In this document: positions 1-9,491 of the stretch, in pieces
Numbering within the stretch: the stretch's first letter is position 1
Layout of the letters: every line of letters begins with the position of its first letter
Source of the DNA: a virus
Length of the DNA stretch: 64,000 nucleotides
Direction: 5' to 3' (one strand)
IMG/VR virus record: IMGVR_UViG_3300034071_002576
Location: 22,341-86,340 of that record
Position numbers and translations under genes: made by a program
The notes under the pieces: model-generated
Database searches by the model: none
Told to the model about the DNA's origin: nothing
Seen by the model: only the letters and a program-made list of their open reading frames with translations

Positions 1-2643
1 CGAGGGGTCGTACGGCTTCAATCGTAGTCCGGTGAACACGGCTTTGCCATTCACGAATTTAGGTCCAACACCTTCAACTTTGAGCACGTTCCTAATAGTT
101 TCCTTGAGTCGATCGACGAAGCGAGGTTTAGCTGAATGCTTGTATCCGTTTGACTTACAGAAATTGACATAGCTCGCATACAGTTCTGCGTATGCGTTTT
201 TGACGAACATACCTTTTTCCGCTTCGTCGGTGTTCGGCCTGAAAGCACCAGCCCCGATCAACGCGTTGCTATTAGGTGCATACATCGTGCACTCCGCCAG
301 CCACGCTACGTAGGGATTGTTAAAGATCAATGCTTCTAGGTTGGTCGCGTTGAGTGAGGGCACGTGCTTAACGGGGTTGGCTAGCACGTCCCGCATTTCG
401 TCGAAGGGCATGTCGAGAGCCCAAGAGACCACGCCGCTAAGCTCAGGAACTAGGTCGCCTTCCAGTCGATCCGCGTAAATGTTCAGCAGATCTCGCCGTT
501 GGGAGGGCGGCACTACTTTGTCCATGATGATCGTCAGTCGACGACGCTCCAGACCACTGCTGATGTCTGAGGAACTGATGTGCTCGTTAGAAGCGATACA
601 TACTAATACCTCGGGTTTAAAGTTTATTACTTCTTTGCCATACTTACGCTCTGCTCGTAAAGTATCTGATGCGGATGTAATCTTTTTAAGAACGTCTAAG
701 CGCTTGTTGAAGTTAGCTTCGTCTGTAAGCAGCAGAAGCTTCTTACCAATCAGGTTATAGCATTCAAACTTGTTGGTTTCGATTGTTTCCAGGTTGCTGG
801 TGTGCGTGCCGGAGAACCCAGCCAGCGCGATCAGGAGCTGCTGCATTGTCGATTTGCCGGTTCCGCCCGGACCCACTAGATGCAGAAAACGCTCGCCCGT
901 CGTGTAGCCGGTCAGAAGCGCACGGCAGAATGCCCGGATGATGATTTTCTTGTCCTGCCCAATGCAGGAATCCAGCCACGCGTGGAAATTCGGGCACTGG
1001 GCAGCTTTGTCATACGGGAATGCAAGCTTGCTGCGAAGGTAGAGTTCCTTCTGGCAACCTTCTTGGAACCCCATCGAATCCCCGTTTAGCACACCGTTTT
1101 TAAACGGGATCTTGCCTTTGCTGCTGCTCCAGATGGATACCCGACCGCCGTTAACGGACTTAAGTAGTTTGCCCTTCAGAATCTGGAAAACTGAGCTAAC
1201 GGTTGATGCGCTGTAACGCGGCATCACGCCCGCGGTTACGAAAGTATCCAGTGTTTTTATAATTCTTCTTTTGATGTGCTGTTCGTCCTGTACGTACCAG
1301 ATACCCTCATCTAAGTCGTACGTGAAGAACTCGTCCAGAGATGAGTCAAATAGAAATTCATTACCGTAGTTATTTACGATGATGTCTGCGACATCGTTCT
1401 CGGAAAACTGACGGTTTCCTTGCTGCAGCTGCACCAGCTGAGCCGGAGTTGACGGCGTGGAAGCCATGGGATCTGGGGGTGTTGATGTTGGTGTTGATGT
1501 TGCTGTCGGCTTCGCATCCATCTCTCGAACGAGATCGTCGAAAGTCAGGACGGAGTTGGTCGGCTTGGGCTTCTTTGATGCAATTTCTGTACGTACTTTT
1601 TCCGTACAGGTGGTCTCAAAGATTTCTCGATATGTGCTCTTGAGTCTTTTCCATGCAGCTAGAGACCCGTCCTCTGATGCCATGACCACGGCCGGCTGCA
1701 GAGCGTCTGGATCTGTGATGCTGTTCAGGATCCGATTAAATTTGCCATCCAGCACAGGGTCGTATTCGTAGATATTCTCGAACACCCGGTGTGCGATTGT
1801 CAAGGGGGGTTCGCGTGTTGCAATCCCCTGAGCGTTCAGCCAGTTGCTCCAGCCGATGATCTCCTTTAGGGCTATCGCCAAGGCGAAGGAGCGATCCTCC
1901 ACCTCCTCGCCGTCCAGCATCGACCTGACTGTTCCGCTAACTAAGCGCTCTAGGGCGACCCCTTCTGAAGACTGCTGAGTGTGCAGGTGCTGCTCCGCGT
2001 CTCTCGCGGTCTCTTCCGGCGGAGGAAGCGTGGCGTAGACCGCATAAGCTTCGTCGATTTTTGAAGCTGGTATGAATCTATCTGTGACTACCAGTAAGCT
2101 AGAAGTTCCCTTTCCACCGTAAAATAAATTGACGGCTTGGGTAGCACGTCGATCTGATCCTGGTATTTGCTGCGCAATATGCCTGGTGAACCACTGGTAG
2201 AAGCCAGCATCAATAATTGGCTTCTCTAAACCAAACACCAGTCGGAATCTGGGCCACGTCTCTGTGTGAGACGGAGATAAATAAGCAAGACTCAGATATT
2301 TGTTACATATATCCAGCTCTAGTGCTTGAGCTACGTCCAGTTCTTGTTTTTGTATCTTGTTGCCGTCTTTATCTTTCCCGTCTGCTTGGTTGTCAATGTC
2401 GATGATTATGACACCGGCTTTGATTGCGCCCGTGTTTCCTTCACGTCTTCGTCCATCGACCAGATGCCAGGCACATAAACCAGCCTGCTGCGTGGTGACA
2501 GCGTCGGCTAGAGCCGCAATGTCCTTCTCTTGGGGAAGCCAATTGTTGTTGAAAGCGGCAAAGTTCCCTCCTGCCGCAATCTTACCCGTCGCAGGGTTGA
2601 CGTACTCAGAGACTGCGTAGTTGATCGAGAAGAAAAAGTCCAT
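1..2643 (-). CDS. AEP-type primase fused to D5/SF3 helicase (3' end beyond window edge)
   Basis: Absent from ORF track because it runs off the edge. Manual translation from ATG 2643 gives MDFFFSINYAVSEYVNP..., IIIDIDN and SPSH...PRFRLVF primase-like motifs; Walker A FLHLVGPGGTGKST near 850-890. Confidence 0.85.
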   Translation of the reverse strand, partial: MDFFFSINYAVSEYVNPATGKIAAGGNFAAFNNNWLPQEKDIAALADAVTTQQAGLCAWHLVDGRRREGNTGAIKAGVIIIDIDNQADGKDKDGNKIQKQELDVAQALELDICNKYLSLAYLSPSHTETWPRFRLVFGLEKPIIDAGFYQWFTRHIAQQIPGSDRRATQAVNLFYGGKGTSSLLVVTDRFIPASKIDEAYAVYATLPPPEETARDAEQHLHTQQSSEGVALERLVSGTVRSMLDGEEVEDRSFALAIALKEIIGWSNWLNAQGIATREPPLTIAHRVFENIYEYDPVLDGKFNRILNSITDPDALQPAVVMASEDGSLAAWKRLKSTYREIFETTCTEKVRTEIASKKPKPTNSVLTFDDLVREMDAKPTATSTPTSTPPDPMASTPSTPAQLVQLQQGNRQFSENDVADIIVNNYGNEFLFDSSLDEFFTYDLDEGIWYVQDEQHIKRRIIKTLDTFVTAGVMPRYSASTVSSVFQILKGKLLKSVNGGRVSIWSSSKGKIPFKNGVLNGDSMGFQEGCQKELYLRSKLAFPYDKAAQCPNFHAWLDSCIGQDKKIIIRAFCRALLTGYTTGERFLHLVGPGGTGKSTMQQLLIALAGFSGTHTSNLETIETNKFECYNLIGKKLLLLTDEANFNKRLDVLKKITSASDTLRAERKYGKEVINFKPEVLVCIASNEHISSSDISSGLERRRLTIIMDKVVPPSQRRDLLNIYADRLEGDLVPELSGVVSWALDMPFDEMRDVLANPVKHVPSLNATNLEALIFNNPYVAWLAECTMYAPNSNALIGAGAFRPNTDEAEKGMFVKNAYAELYASYVNFCKSNGYKHSAKPRFVDRLKETIRNVLKVEGVGPKFVNGKAVFTGLRLKPYDPS

Positions 2644-2716
2644 GGTCTCCTGACGTCAGGTCATTCTGCCATGAAACCCCTTGCGGCGCAGTGGAAGGCG
2701 CCCTTAAGAAGGTGTT

Positions 2717-3493
2717 TCACTTGTTGACAGATTCATAAAATTGCCGCAGGACCTGCAGCCATTGTTCGATATGTTTTTCGACTTGAGCCCTGCTGAAAGT
2801 GAAAACTTGAACAGGATATTCCGGTAATGGCGTCGACACGATTATCTGAGTTTTGTCTACTTTTAGGTCCAGACAAGTTTCAGCTGCCAGTGTGTATGCA
2901 GCTAATTGTAGTTGTGTTTTCTTTAACTTAAACACTCCGCTTGTTAAGGCTTTTTTGACATTATCTGGAAGGTTATCTTTAGCTTTTGGGAAGTTAGCTG
3001 AATAAGGACCTACTGAAGTTTTAAAGTCTCCCAGTATTATTTCTCCGTTTACATCCCTGTAGATAATGTCGCAACAACCGGCATATCCGTGCCCCGTACT
3101 CTCGTTGTAATAATGGATTCTGCCTACACCGTCCTCTCCGACGTACCGAGACCATTGCGGCTGGTTGTACGGTTTTTCGCTCCAGAGGACAGTTCCTTCG
3201 TTCAGCAGATCGTCCAGTTTTTCTGGCATACCCTTCCAGTATGCGAGAACGTCATCTCCAGGGTGGACGGCAAGCCCCCTGATGTAATTCTCTACCGCGT
3301 TGTGAATAAATGAACCTCTTGCAGCTGCGTTTTCTAGCGCACCAGGATTCATTAGATTCCAGTGCGCTAGTTTTTTCCGCGTTTCCTCGGTTTGCGTGGC
3401 CGAGAGGACACTCGTAACAGATGGAAGAGGTTTGGGTACTCCTGCGCAGTTGTAGTGCCGTAAACCGTTTAGAGTAACTCGTGTTTGGGACAC
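2717..3493 (-). CDS. PD-(D/E)XK exonuclease (RecB/Cas4-like)
   Basis: PSVTSVL, GSFIH, AGCCD...DFKTS, QLAAY motifs. Confidence 0.8.
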   Translation of the reverse strand: MSQTRVTLNGLRHYNCAGVPKPLPSVTSVLSATQTEETRKKLAHWNLMNPGALENAAARGSFIHNAVENYIRGLAVHPGDDVLAYWKGMPEKLDDLLNEGTVLWSEKPYNQPQWSRYVGEDGVGRIHYYNESTGHGYAGCCDIIYRDVNGEIILGDFKTSVGPYSANFPKAKDNLPDNVKKALTSGVFKLKKTQLQLAAYTLAAETCLDLKVDKTQIIVSTPLPEYPVQVFTFSRAQVEKHIEQWLQVLRQFYESVNK

Positions 3494-3531
3494 ACTTTCG
3501 TGTCGATTAACCTTTAGTTTACTATTTGAAG

Positions 3532-3897
3532 TCAGAACGACATCTGAAATGGTCGAGAGTCTGTATCTTCATCATCGTCGTCATCTTCTTCGTCGTTTCC
3601 CACACTGTCTTCATCTTCGTCGGAATCCAAAAAGAATTCAGATTTTTGGTAGTCGAAGTCGCGGTTGTGGCTGCTCAGCTCTTCGGCGAGGCAAAGACCT
3701 GCGCAATAAGAGTCGGTAATAATCTCCGCGCACTCAGCGGCAGATCTAGCGGTTCCCTCCGGTGAGACACACTCCTGGAGAAGTTGGTCGGACACCAGTA
3801 GGGCTGTGACTTTTTCGAGAAGTGTATTTGTTTTTGTGAGTTGATCCAGAACATCGCGTTGGAACTTGTCAAATTTTTGCCGCCGAGTCATTGTCAT
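3532..3897 (-). CDS. hypothetical protein with acidic C-terminus
   Basis: ORF; ATG overlaps the upstream stop codon. Confidence 0.6.
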   Translation of the reverse strand: MTMTRRQKFDKFQRDVLDQLTKTNTLLEKVTALLVSDQLLQECVSPEGTARSAAECAEIITDSYCAGLCLAEELSSHNRDFDYQKSEFFLDSDEDEDSVGNDEEDDDDDEDTDSRPFQMSF

Positions 3898-4436
3898 GTT
3901 AAAGAAGGCAGAGGGTCTACACGATCCCAGTCCAGACCAAAGGTTATCTGAGTTCCGTCGTGCCACTGCTCGGGGCGTTGGAAGACAAACCAGCAGCTGG
4001 TGACGGAATCCCGCGTGGAACCAATGGCGCGAAATTTGGGACGCGGATTAAGGACAATCATATTGCTGATCTTGTTTGCTAACAGAAAGCTTTTACGTTT
4101 GGCTACTGGTTCTATGAACGACAGTCGGTCTAGTACAGCTATGCCTTGTGTTGCAATTTGGATGCCGTATTCAAGTATATACTCTGTGTAGTCTCCTAAG
4201 CCTGTTGTTGCTGCTATGACCCAATCAAACTTTTTCTCTTTCTGACCGACCCACCAGACGGGATCCATTAAGTTTGTTTCATCCTTGTTTTCAACGACGT
4301 TAAAGTTATGACGTCGCAGTTGGTCACTCAGTATCGACAACGGATCAAATGGGACTAAGACTGAGCCTGTGATAAAACTGTGTTTTATGAGAGCGTGGGT
4401 GACCCCGTTTGGGAGTTGATAAAAAGAATCTGCCAT
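3894..4436 (-). CDS. DNA methyltransferase-like protein with degenerate catalytic motifs
   Basis: FY.P, FDWVI, RLSFIEP, PRP.F, DSVT..WFVF resemble small phage adenine methyltransferases; NPPF is absent. Confidence 0.6.
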   Translation of the reverse strand: MADSFYQLPNGVTHALIKHSFITGSVLVPFDPLSILSDQLRRHNFNVVENKDETNLMDPVWWVGQKEKKFDWVIAATTGLGDYTEYILEYGIQIATQGIAVLDRLSFIEPVAKRKSFLLANKISNMIVLNPRPKFRAIGSTRDSVTSCWFVFQRPEQWHDGTQITFGLDWDRVDPLPSLT

Positions 4437-4528
4437 TGGTCGGGTTGTAGGACTGTCAGAGTTTAACCAAAATTTCCGGTCTACCCGGTAAATGCTGCCT
4501 ATTATGACGTCAGTGCATTCTGTAGATT

Positions 4529-4777
4529 ATGTTAAATCTGGAATGGCTGAACACGGAACAAGAGTTTTTACATAAGCGAGTTTGCGGAGATTTTGCTAAG
4601 CTCGACCGAGAACAAATGAAAGATGTTTTTGAATCGGTGCATAAACAGTATTTAATCAGGAACAGCTTGTTTTCTCGTTTGGCCTCTTGGTGCGCCCGCA
4701 ACGGAGTGGTCTTGCCTGCCTTTGAGGAGTTGCTTTCCCCGAAAGAAGTTCAGCATCCGACTCCCTTGGAGGAATAA
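4529..4777 (+). CDS. nblA: NblA-like phycobilisome degradation protein
   Basis: LNTEQEF...LDREQMKDVFESVHKQYLIRNSLF follows the NblA pattern LxxEQxF...LxREQ...RQ...xN; 82 aa. Confidence 0.65.
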   Translation: MLNLEWLNTEQEFLHKRVCGDFAKLDREQMKDVFESVHKQYLIRNSLFSRLASWCARNGVVLPAFEELLSPKEVQHPTPLEE

Positions 4778-4802
4778 AAAAAGCGGTCGTGAGACCGCTT
4801 TG
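4777..4802. terminator. intrinsic terminator between convergent genes
   Basis: A-tract then AAAGCGGTC-gtga-GACCGCTTT hairpin. Confidence 0.7.
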
Positions 4803-4827
4803 TACCTTGGCTTTCCTTAACGTTAGC

Positions 4828-5643
4828 TCAAAAGTCGATACCTAGAGCTTTTGCTTGTTCCGCCGTAAGTTCGATTGGTTTTTTCGCCTTCGCACTAGGT
4901 GGTTCGTTCTCGACTTTTTCGTCCGCTTCCGCAGACTTCAGAGCCTTTGCTGGCCCTGCGCTAGCGAATGAACGTTCCGGGGGCGCGCCTCGCTCGGCAG
5001 CAAATCGAGCTTTGATTTCAGTATGATCTGCACCCAAGGGCAATTCGACCAAATCTGAGCCGGGGATGTGGGACTTGAGTGCCGACGCACACAGAGTGCC
5101 TCCCTTGTCGACAAGCCAACTGTTAACGTCTTCAATCAATTTGATTTCCTCCTCGTTCGCCGGCGGTCTGTCGGAGAATTCGAGAGCATTAAAATTGATC
5201 TTCGCGCCATCGGCGCCGGTCATTGGATCCCGCTCATTAAAGCTGCGAGTCACGAATTTCGTCGTGGTGATCACCGACGCGCAGTTGATTCGATTGTTGT
5301 AGAGCGTCTGGAAGTAACTGATGAAGTTCTTCTGAGAAGACTTGCCTGAAATCATCGAAGTCGTTACGCAACGCGGAGGCAACAACCTGTGATTTGGGCT
5401 GACTCCGATGTAAGCAATGCGCAGAAATTCTTCTTGGTTGCGCATACCTAGGTTGCCGAAGTAAGGAGTAAATCCCACCAGGACAAACTCAATAGGGATT
5501 CCGTTGTCGTTCCTATCGACAATCGCAGAGTCTGGGTCGACATCAGATTTCCAACGTCGAGCCTGTAGATCTATTCGAAGTGTGTGCGGCGGTACATTAC
5601 ACAGAATTTCGTCTTGGGAGAATTGACCAGCAATGAAAACCAT
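4828..5643 (-). CDS. hypothetical replication-module protein (possibly ssDNA-binding or annealing)
   Basis: 271-aa ORF next to SSB; ends ALGIDF; function inferred from context only. Confidence 0.5.
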   Translation of the reverse strand: MVFIAGQFSQDEILCNVPPHTLRIDLQARRWKSDVDPDSAIVDRNDNGIPIEFVLVGFTPYFGNLGMRNQEEFLRIAYIGVSPNHRLLPPRCVTTSMISGKSSQKNFISYFQTLYNNRINCASVITTTKFVTRSFNERDPMTGADGAKINFNALEFSDRPPANEEEIKLIEDVNSWLVDKGGTLCASALKSHIPGSDLVELPLGADHTEIKARFAAERGAPPERSFASAGPAKALKSAEADEKVENEPPSAKAKKPIELTAEQAKALGIDF

Positions 5644-5656
5644 GGTTAGTACTTAA

Positions 5657-6301
5657 TCAGAGGGAGAAGTCAATAGAACCGATAGCAGCAGCAGCTACTT
5701 TACCTTTTTCAGGGTCGACAGCTTTCTTTGGAGCTTGTTTAGAGGACTTGGGGAGGTAGAGGATCTTATCTACAGTGTAATTGAGATAATTCCTATCATC
5801 CTTTTCACTTGTTGAGACCTTGCCTACTGCGATAGTAGGTGTGCCCGGTGCGAGTTCAGAAAGCTGTTTAGACAGTTCACCCCAGGCTGTCATCTTGAAC
5901 CAAGCTGTTTCGTTTTCTTCCGTTTGCCATGCAAGTGAACGATTAGTTACCGTCGTATCTGAAAGTTCTACTTCATCGGCTTTAGGGCCAAGACCGCCCG
6001 TCGCCATGAAAACGTTGATGGCGAGGAGATCTTCGAAGTTATCTTCTGTCACAATCAACATGGGTTGCATTTTCAACACACCATCAATTGTTGGTTTAGT
6101 AGGTCCGAGTGCGAGAACGGTTTGTCCTACTTCGAGTTTTTTAAGTAGTTTTCCTACATAGTGACTCGCTTGTTGGAGGAGTTGAAATTTTGTTTCGACT
6201 CTTTTGTCATTTGACGGAAGGGATTCGGCTAGAACATTTACGATGCCGTCGTTATCATCCGCCGCGGCGGTGATTTTCAGGCCCATTAGAAACAGATTCA
6301 T
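5657..6301 (-). CDS. ssb: single-stranded DNA-binding protein-like (possibly two OB folds)
   Basis: ETAWFKMTAWGELSKQLSELAPGTPTIAVGKV is an SSB-like signature. Confidence 0.65.
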   Translation of the reverse strand: MNLFLMGLKITAAADDNDGIVNVLAESLPSNDKRVETKFQLLQQASHYVGKLLKKLEVGQTVLALGPTKPTIDGVLKMQPMLIVTEDNFEDLLAINVFMATGGLGPKADEVELSDTTVTNRSLAWQTEENETAWFKMTAWGELSKQLSELAPGTPTIAVGKVSTSEKDDRNYLNYTVDKILYLPKSSKQAPKKAVDPEKGKVAAAAIGSIDFSL

Positions 6302-6851
6302 TGCTTAGCTGTCTGTAGATGGTTGATCGGTGGACTTTGAGAGCCGCGGCGATCTGGGTGACCCCGACGCCTTGGCCCCGGTAGGCTACTACCAATTTTC
6401 TGTCACCGCATGAGATTTTCTCGTTTTTGCCCTGAACGTACGTAAAGTGATACGGATTTACACATTGTTTGCAGAAACACTTCGGTTTTGCTGTGACACC
6501 GTCTTTGGGTATATCTAAGTATTTGAGAATTATTGTTCGGATGTACTGTCTGGAACCCAGTACGTAGGTGCACGGAACCCCATTTGTAAATTTTCCTCCC
6601 CACTTGCAACATTCACCGTGGGTGAAATTGTTTTCAGCTAAGTCTTTGAAAAGCTGCGCCAACAGATTTTGTTCGCAGCTTCCATAGCTGAGATTGTACC
6701 TCTCTGCTCCTAGAGCTTTCGATATATCGCCCGCCTGTGCCTGCGCGTGTCCGCTGTCTTTTGCTGTTATCTGTAGCTCTAATTTTTTGTCTTCTTTTAC
6801 CAGGGACAGTATGTAATTATCTTTAAAGACCATAAGGCGAGTTTTTAGCAA
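6255..6851 (-). CDS. His-Me/HNH-like zinc-loop protein with C-terminal HTH
   Basis: CKQCVNPYHF loop; GVTQIAAALKVHRSTIYRQL helix-turn-helix. Confidence 0.55.
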   Translation of the reverse strand: MLKTRLMVFKDNYILSLVKEDKKLELQITAKDSGHAQAQAGDISKALGAERYNLSYGSCEQNLLAQLFKDLAENNFTHGECCKWGGKFTNGVPCTYVLGSRQYIRTIILKYLDIPKDGVTAKPKCFCKQCVNPYHFTYVQGKNEKISCGDRKLVVAYRGQGVGVTQIAAALKVHRSTIYRQLSNESVSNGPENHRRGG

Positions 6852-6853
6852 GC

Positions 6854-8083
6854 TTACTTTCGCTTGCCGCCACCGCCACCTCCGCCGCCTCCGCCGCCGC
6901 CACCTCCGCCGCCGCCACCTCCGCCGCCGCCACCTCCGCCGCCGCCACCTCCGCCGCCGCCACCTCCGCCGCCGCCGCCACCTCCGCCGCCGCCACCTCC
7001 GCCGCCGCCGCCACCTCCGCCGCCTCCGCCGCCGCCTCCGCCACCGCCGCCACCGCCACGGTTGCCGCCACCGCCACCTCCGCCGCCACCGCTAGGTGCA
7101 GGAGAAGGAGCAGGTGCCGGAGCAGGTGCCGGAGCAGGCGCTGGTCTTGCTGCCGGTGCGGCTGCTGGTGCCGGGCGTGCTGCAGGAGCTTGACGAGCAG
7201 GTTCTTGTTGTTTCGGTACATTAAATTCTTTGTTTTGTTGCGCTGCTTTGTTTTGCGGAGCTTTAGCTGCTGAAGGAGAGGCGAAGAGCGTGGGAGCTTT
7301 ATTACTTTGTTGTTGGCCTCCGCCAGCGGGTTTGACGGTGAACCCACCGTCTGCAGCTGGTTTAACCTTGATGCCGAGTTCTTTTTGCGCTGCGGCTGAG
7401 GGGGCTATTGCTGATCTCGATGCAGCTTTGATTATCTGATTCTCGGATAAACCCTGCTTCTGTAAGTATTTAATATCTTGTGTGTTGAATCCCGCTCCAC
7501 CTCTTTTAGCTAAATCAAATGTTTGGCCTGCGACTTTAACAATATTTGTTTTTTTAGCAGGAGTCGTTTGCGTTTGCGTTTGCGTTTGAGTTACTTCGGG
7601 GGCGGCTTCTTCCGCACCTAAATAATCGTTTAAATAATCATCCAAGTAAGACTGAAAGTCAAACTCTTCGTAGCCTCCGTCCCCTCCTGCGCCAGTATCT
7701 CCGTAGTCTCCAAAACCGCCAGAGTCTCCGAAATCGAAAAAAGATGTGTCAAACTCACCGCCGGTTAAATCTGAGTATTGTTGACCCTGCAAGCTTTGCA
7801 GCAAATCATCAATACCTAGTTGCTTACGTAAATCAGCCATTTTCGCAGCCGTGGCCTCAGTCGCCGCCGCTTTTTGTTTCGCTATAGCTTCTTCCAGCGC
7901 TTTTCGCGCTGATTCGCGTACGGCAAATCCTTCCTGCCTTTCCGTCTCTGACGAGGGACCTATTCGCCGACTTCCTTGGAGTTTGAATACTCCGGTGTAC
8001 GCTTTTTCTTGAACTGCCTTAGTTAAGTCCGTCCCTGTTGTTCCTGGCAGTGTTCTGGGCGCAGATGCTAGTCGCCGAGCCAT
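6854..8083 (-). CDS. low-complexity protein with 64-Gly C-terminal tract
   Basis: 409-aa ORF; paralog of 8086..8937. Confidence 0.7.
   Translation of the reverse strand: MARRLASAPRTLPGTTGTDLTKAVQEKAYTGVFKLQGSRRIGPSSETERQEGFAVRESARKALEEAIAKQKAAATEATAAKMADLRKQLGIDDLLQSLQGQQYSDLTGGEFDTSFFDFGDSGGFGDYGDTGAGGDGGYEEFDFQSYLDDYLNDYLGAEEAAPEVTQTQTQTQTTPAKKTNIVKVAGQTFDLAKRGGAGFNTQDIKYLQKQGLSENQIIKAASRSAIAPSAAAQKELGIKVKPAADGGFTVKPAGGGQQQSNKAPTLFASPSAAKAPQNKAAQQNKEFNVPKQQEPARQAPAARPAPAAAPAARPAPAPAPAPAPAPSPAPSGGGGGGGGGNRGGGGGGGGGGGGGGGGGGGGGGGGGGGGGGGGGGGGGGGGGGGGGGGGGGGGGGGGGGGGGGGGKRK
6866..7057. repeat. GGN codon tandem repeat (15/18-nt units such as CCACCTCCGCCGCCG on +) encoding poly-Gly
   Basis: 192 nt = 64 consecutive Gly codons on the minus strand. 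Confidence 0.95.
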
Positions 8084-8085
8084 AT

Positions 8086-8937
8086 TTATTTCCTCTTACC
8101 GCCTCTTGCTGCTGGACGTGCTGCTGGACGTGCTGCTGGACGTGCAATTGGTGCCGATGCTGTGCGAGCAATGGTTTTTCGCGCCGTTGTGGTTAATGTC
8201 TGCGCCTGGTTTGTTGCAGTTGGTTTGGTGCTGCTGGCTCTGGGCTTCAGTTGATCAATTAGTTTTTGTGCTGATGTGGAAATCCTCTGACCACCCGCAG
8301 CAGCTTTTTTCGAAAGGTTTTTTATTTGCGAAGCAGTCCAACCTTGCTTTTGTAGATACCGGATGTCGTCTCCGCCTAAAGCCGCACCTCCTTTAGTGCC
8401 TAGGTTGTAGTTTTTACCGCCGACGTTTAATGTTGCTCCTTTTTTAGGTCTAGGTTGAGCGGGGCCGCTCACCGCCGCATTCACCGTATCCTCCGCCGTT
8501 CCCTCCGCGGCTTGCTGCGGCATGTATTGACTCAACAGATTCTCCCAATCCGGCATCTCGAACTGAGGCGTCTCGAATTCAGGCATCTCGAATTGCGGCA
8601 TTTCAAATTTAGGCATCTCCATCTGAGATCCGTACATGCCTGCGTTCCCTAATGCCGACATCAACTGATCGATACCTAAAGCGGATCTCAGCCCCGCGAT
8701 GTCAGTAGCAGGGGCTTGTTGTGTTGTTGTTACAGGAGTTGTTGATGCGGTTGGTAGCGCGGGCACAGCTTTAGCGCCTTCGTCTCTTTCTGCCTGCGTC
8801 CCACCCCCGAGTCGGCCGCCTCGAGAACCTTTTAGGGAAGCTTGAGCTTGTTTTAGCGCTTCCGTGGCGGCAGCCAGCGTATCCGCGGGCAGCGCCGCTC
8901 CCTCACCTAAAGCTTGCCCCGCAAAGCGCCGCCGCAT
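8086..8937 (-). CDS. low-complexity protein, paralog of 6854..8083
   Basis: Shared LR..LGID.L and GG....DI.YLQKQG....QI motifs; same GGKRK end; (PQFEM)n and (RPAA)n repeats. Confidence 0.7.
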   Translation of the reverse strand: MRRRFAGQALGEGAALPADTLAAATEALKQAQASLKGSRGGRLGGGTQAERDEGAKAVPALPTASTTPVTTTQQAPATDIAGLRSALGIDQLMSALGNAGMYGSQMEMPKFEMPQFEMPEFETPQFEMPDWENLLSQYMPQQAAEGTAEDTVNAAVSGPAQPRPKKGATLNVGGKNYNLGTKGGAALGGDDIRYLQKQGWTASQIKNLSKKAAAGGQRISTSAQKLIDQLKPRASSTKPTATNQAQTLTTTARKTIARTASAPIARPAARPAARPAARGGKRK

Positions 8938-8963
8938 CGTACTTTAAGCCGTATGCTTCAATG

Positions 8964-9467
8964 TTAACTGGTCTGCTGGGAATCTGTTCGGGTGAAGTAT
9001 CTACGTAAACTATGCCCTTTTTTTACAACCATATCTAAGGTTTTTACATAGTCTGCTGCATCTTCGTATGATTTAAACGACTTAGCTTCCTTGTTATTGT
9101 CAGTATATTCTACTACTTTATTATCCTGCATTACTTTTTTTACATAACCGCCCTTTGGCGCGCAGATCAACCAAGTCTCACGAAACCTTAAATGGGCGAG
9201 CTTGGCCACTTCAGCCTCGGTGTATAAAACACATTTTGGTTGCAGTTTACTTTGTGCGGCAGGTTTCTTTGTCTTTTTTAGATTTACTTGAATTTTGTGT
9301 TGCCGCTTCAGAGCTCTGGCTTTGTTGCTCGCTACCAGAGGAGACTCGAAAGATTCCTCTAACAGAAATATATCTTCTTCTCCTGTGATGAACGCGAAGT
9401 ATCGGTCTCCCGCCCGGACTGTGAAAATTTCCTTTTCCGGCCCCCGTGGGATTCGTACCAGTTCCAT
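8964..9467 (-). CDS. hypothetical protein
   Basis: 167-aa ORF in gene order. Confidence 0.6.
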   Translation of the reverse strand: MELVRIPRGPEKEIFTVRAGDRYFAFITGEEDIFLLEESFESPLVASNKARALKRQHKIQVNLKKTKKPAAQSKLQPKCVLYTEAEVAKLAHLRFRETWLICAPKGGYVKKVMQDNKVVEYTDNNKEAKSFKSYEDAADYVKTLDMVVKKGHSLRRYFTRTDSQQTS

Positions 9468-9491
9468 TTTGTGTGCCTTGCTGGGGGAACT

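Noticed and set aside
51-2727. Short ORFs listed in the first 2.7 kb
   Set aside because: Overlap the primase-helicase frame that the ORF track missed
2717-3493. Cas4 as evidence of a CRISPR system
   Set aside because: Stand-alone PD-(D/E)XK nuclease next to primase, lacking the Cas4 four-Cys arrangement
6823-7347. Poly-Pro ORF 6864..7193 (+) and (AAAEV)n ORF 6823..7347 (-)
   Set aside because: Alternative-frame shadows of the poly-Gly repeat; the Gly frame has a paralog and fits gene order
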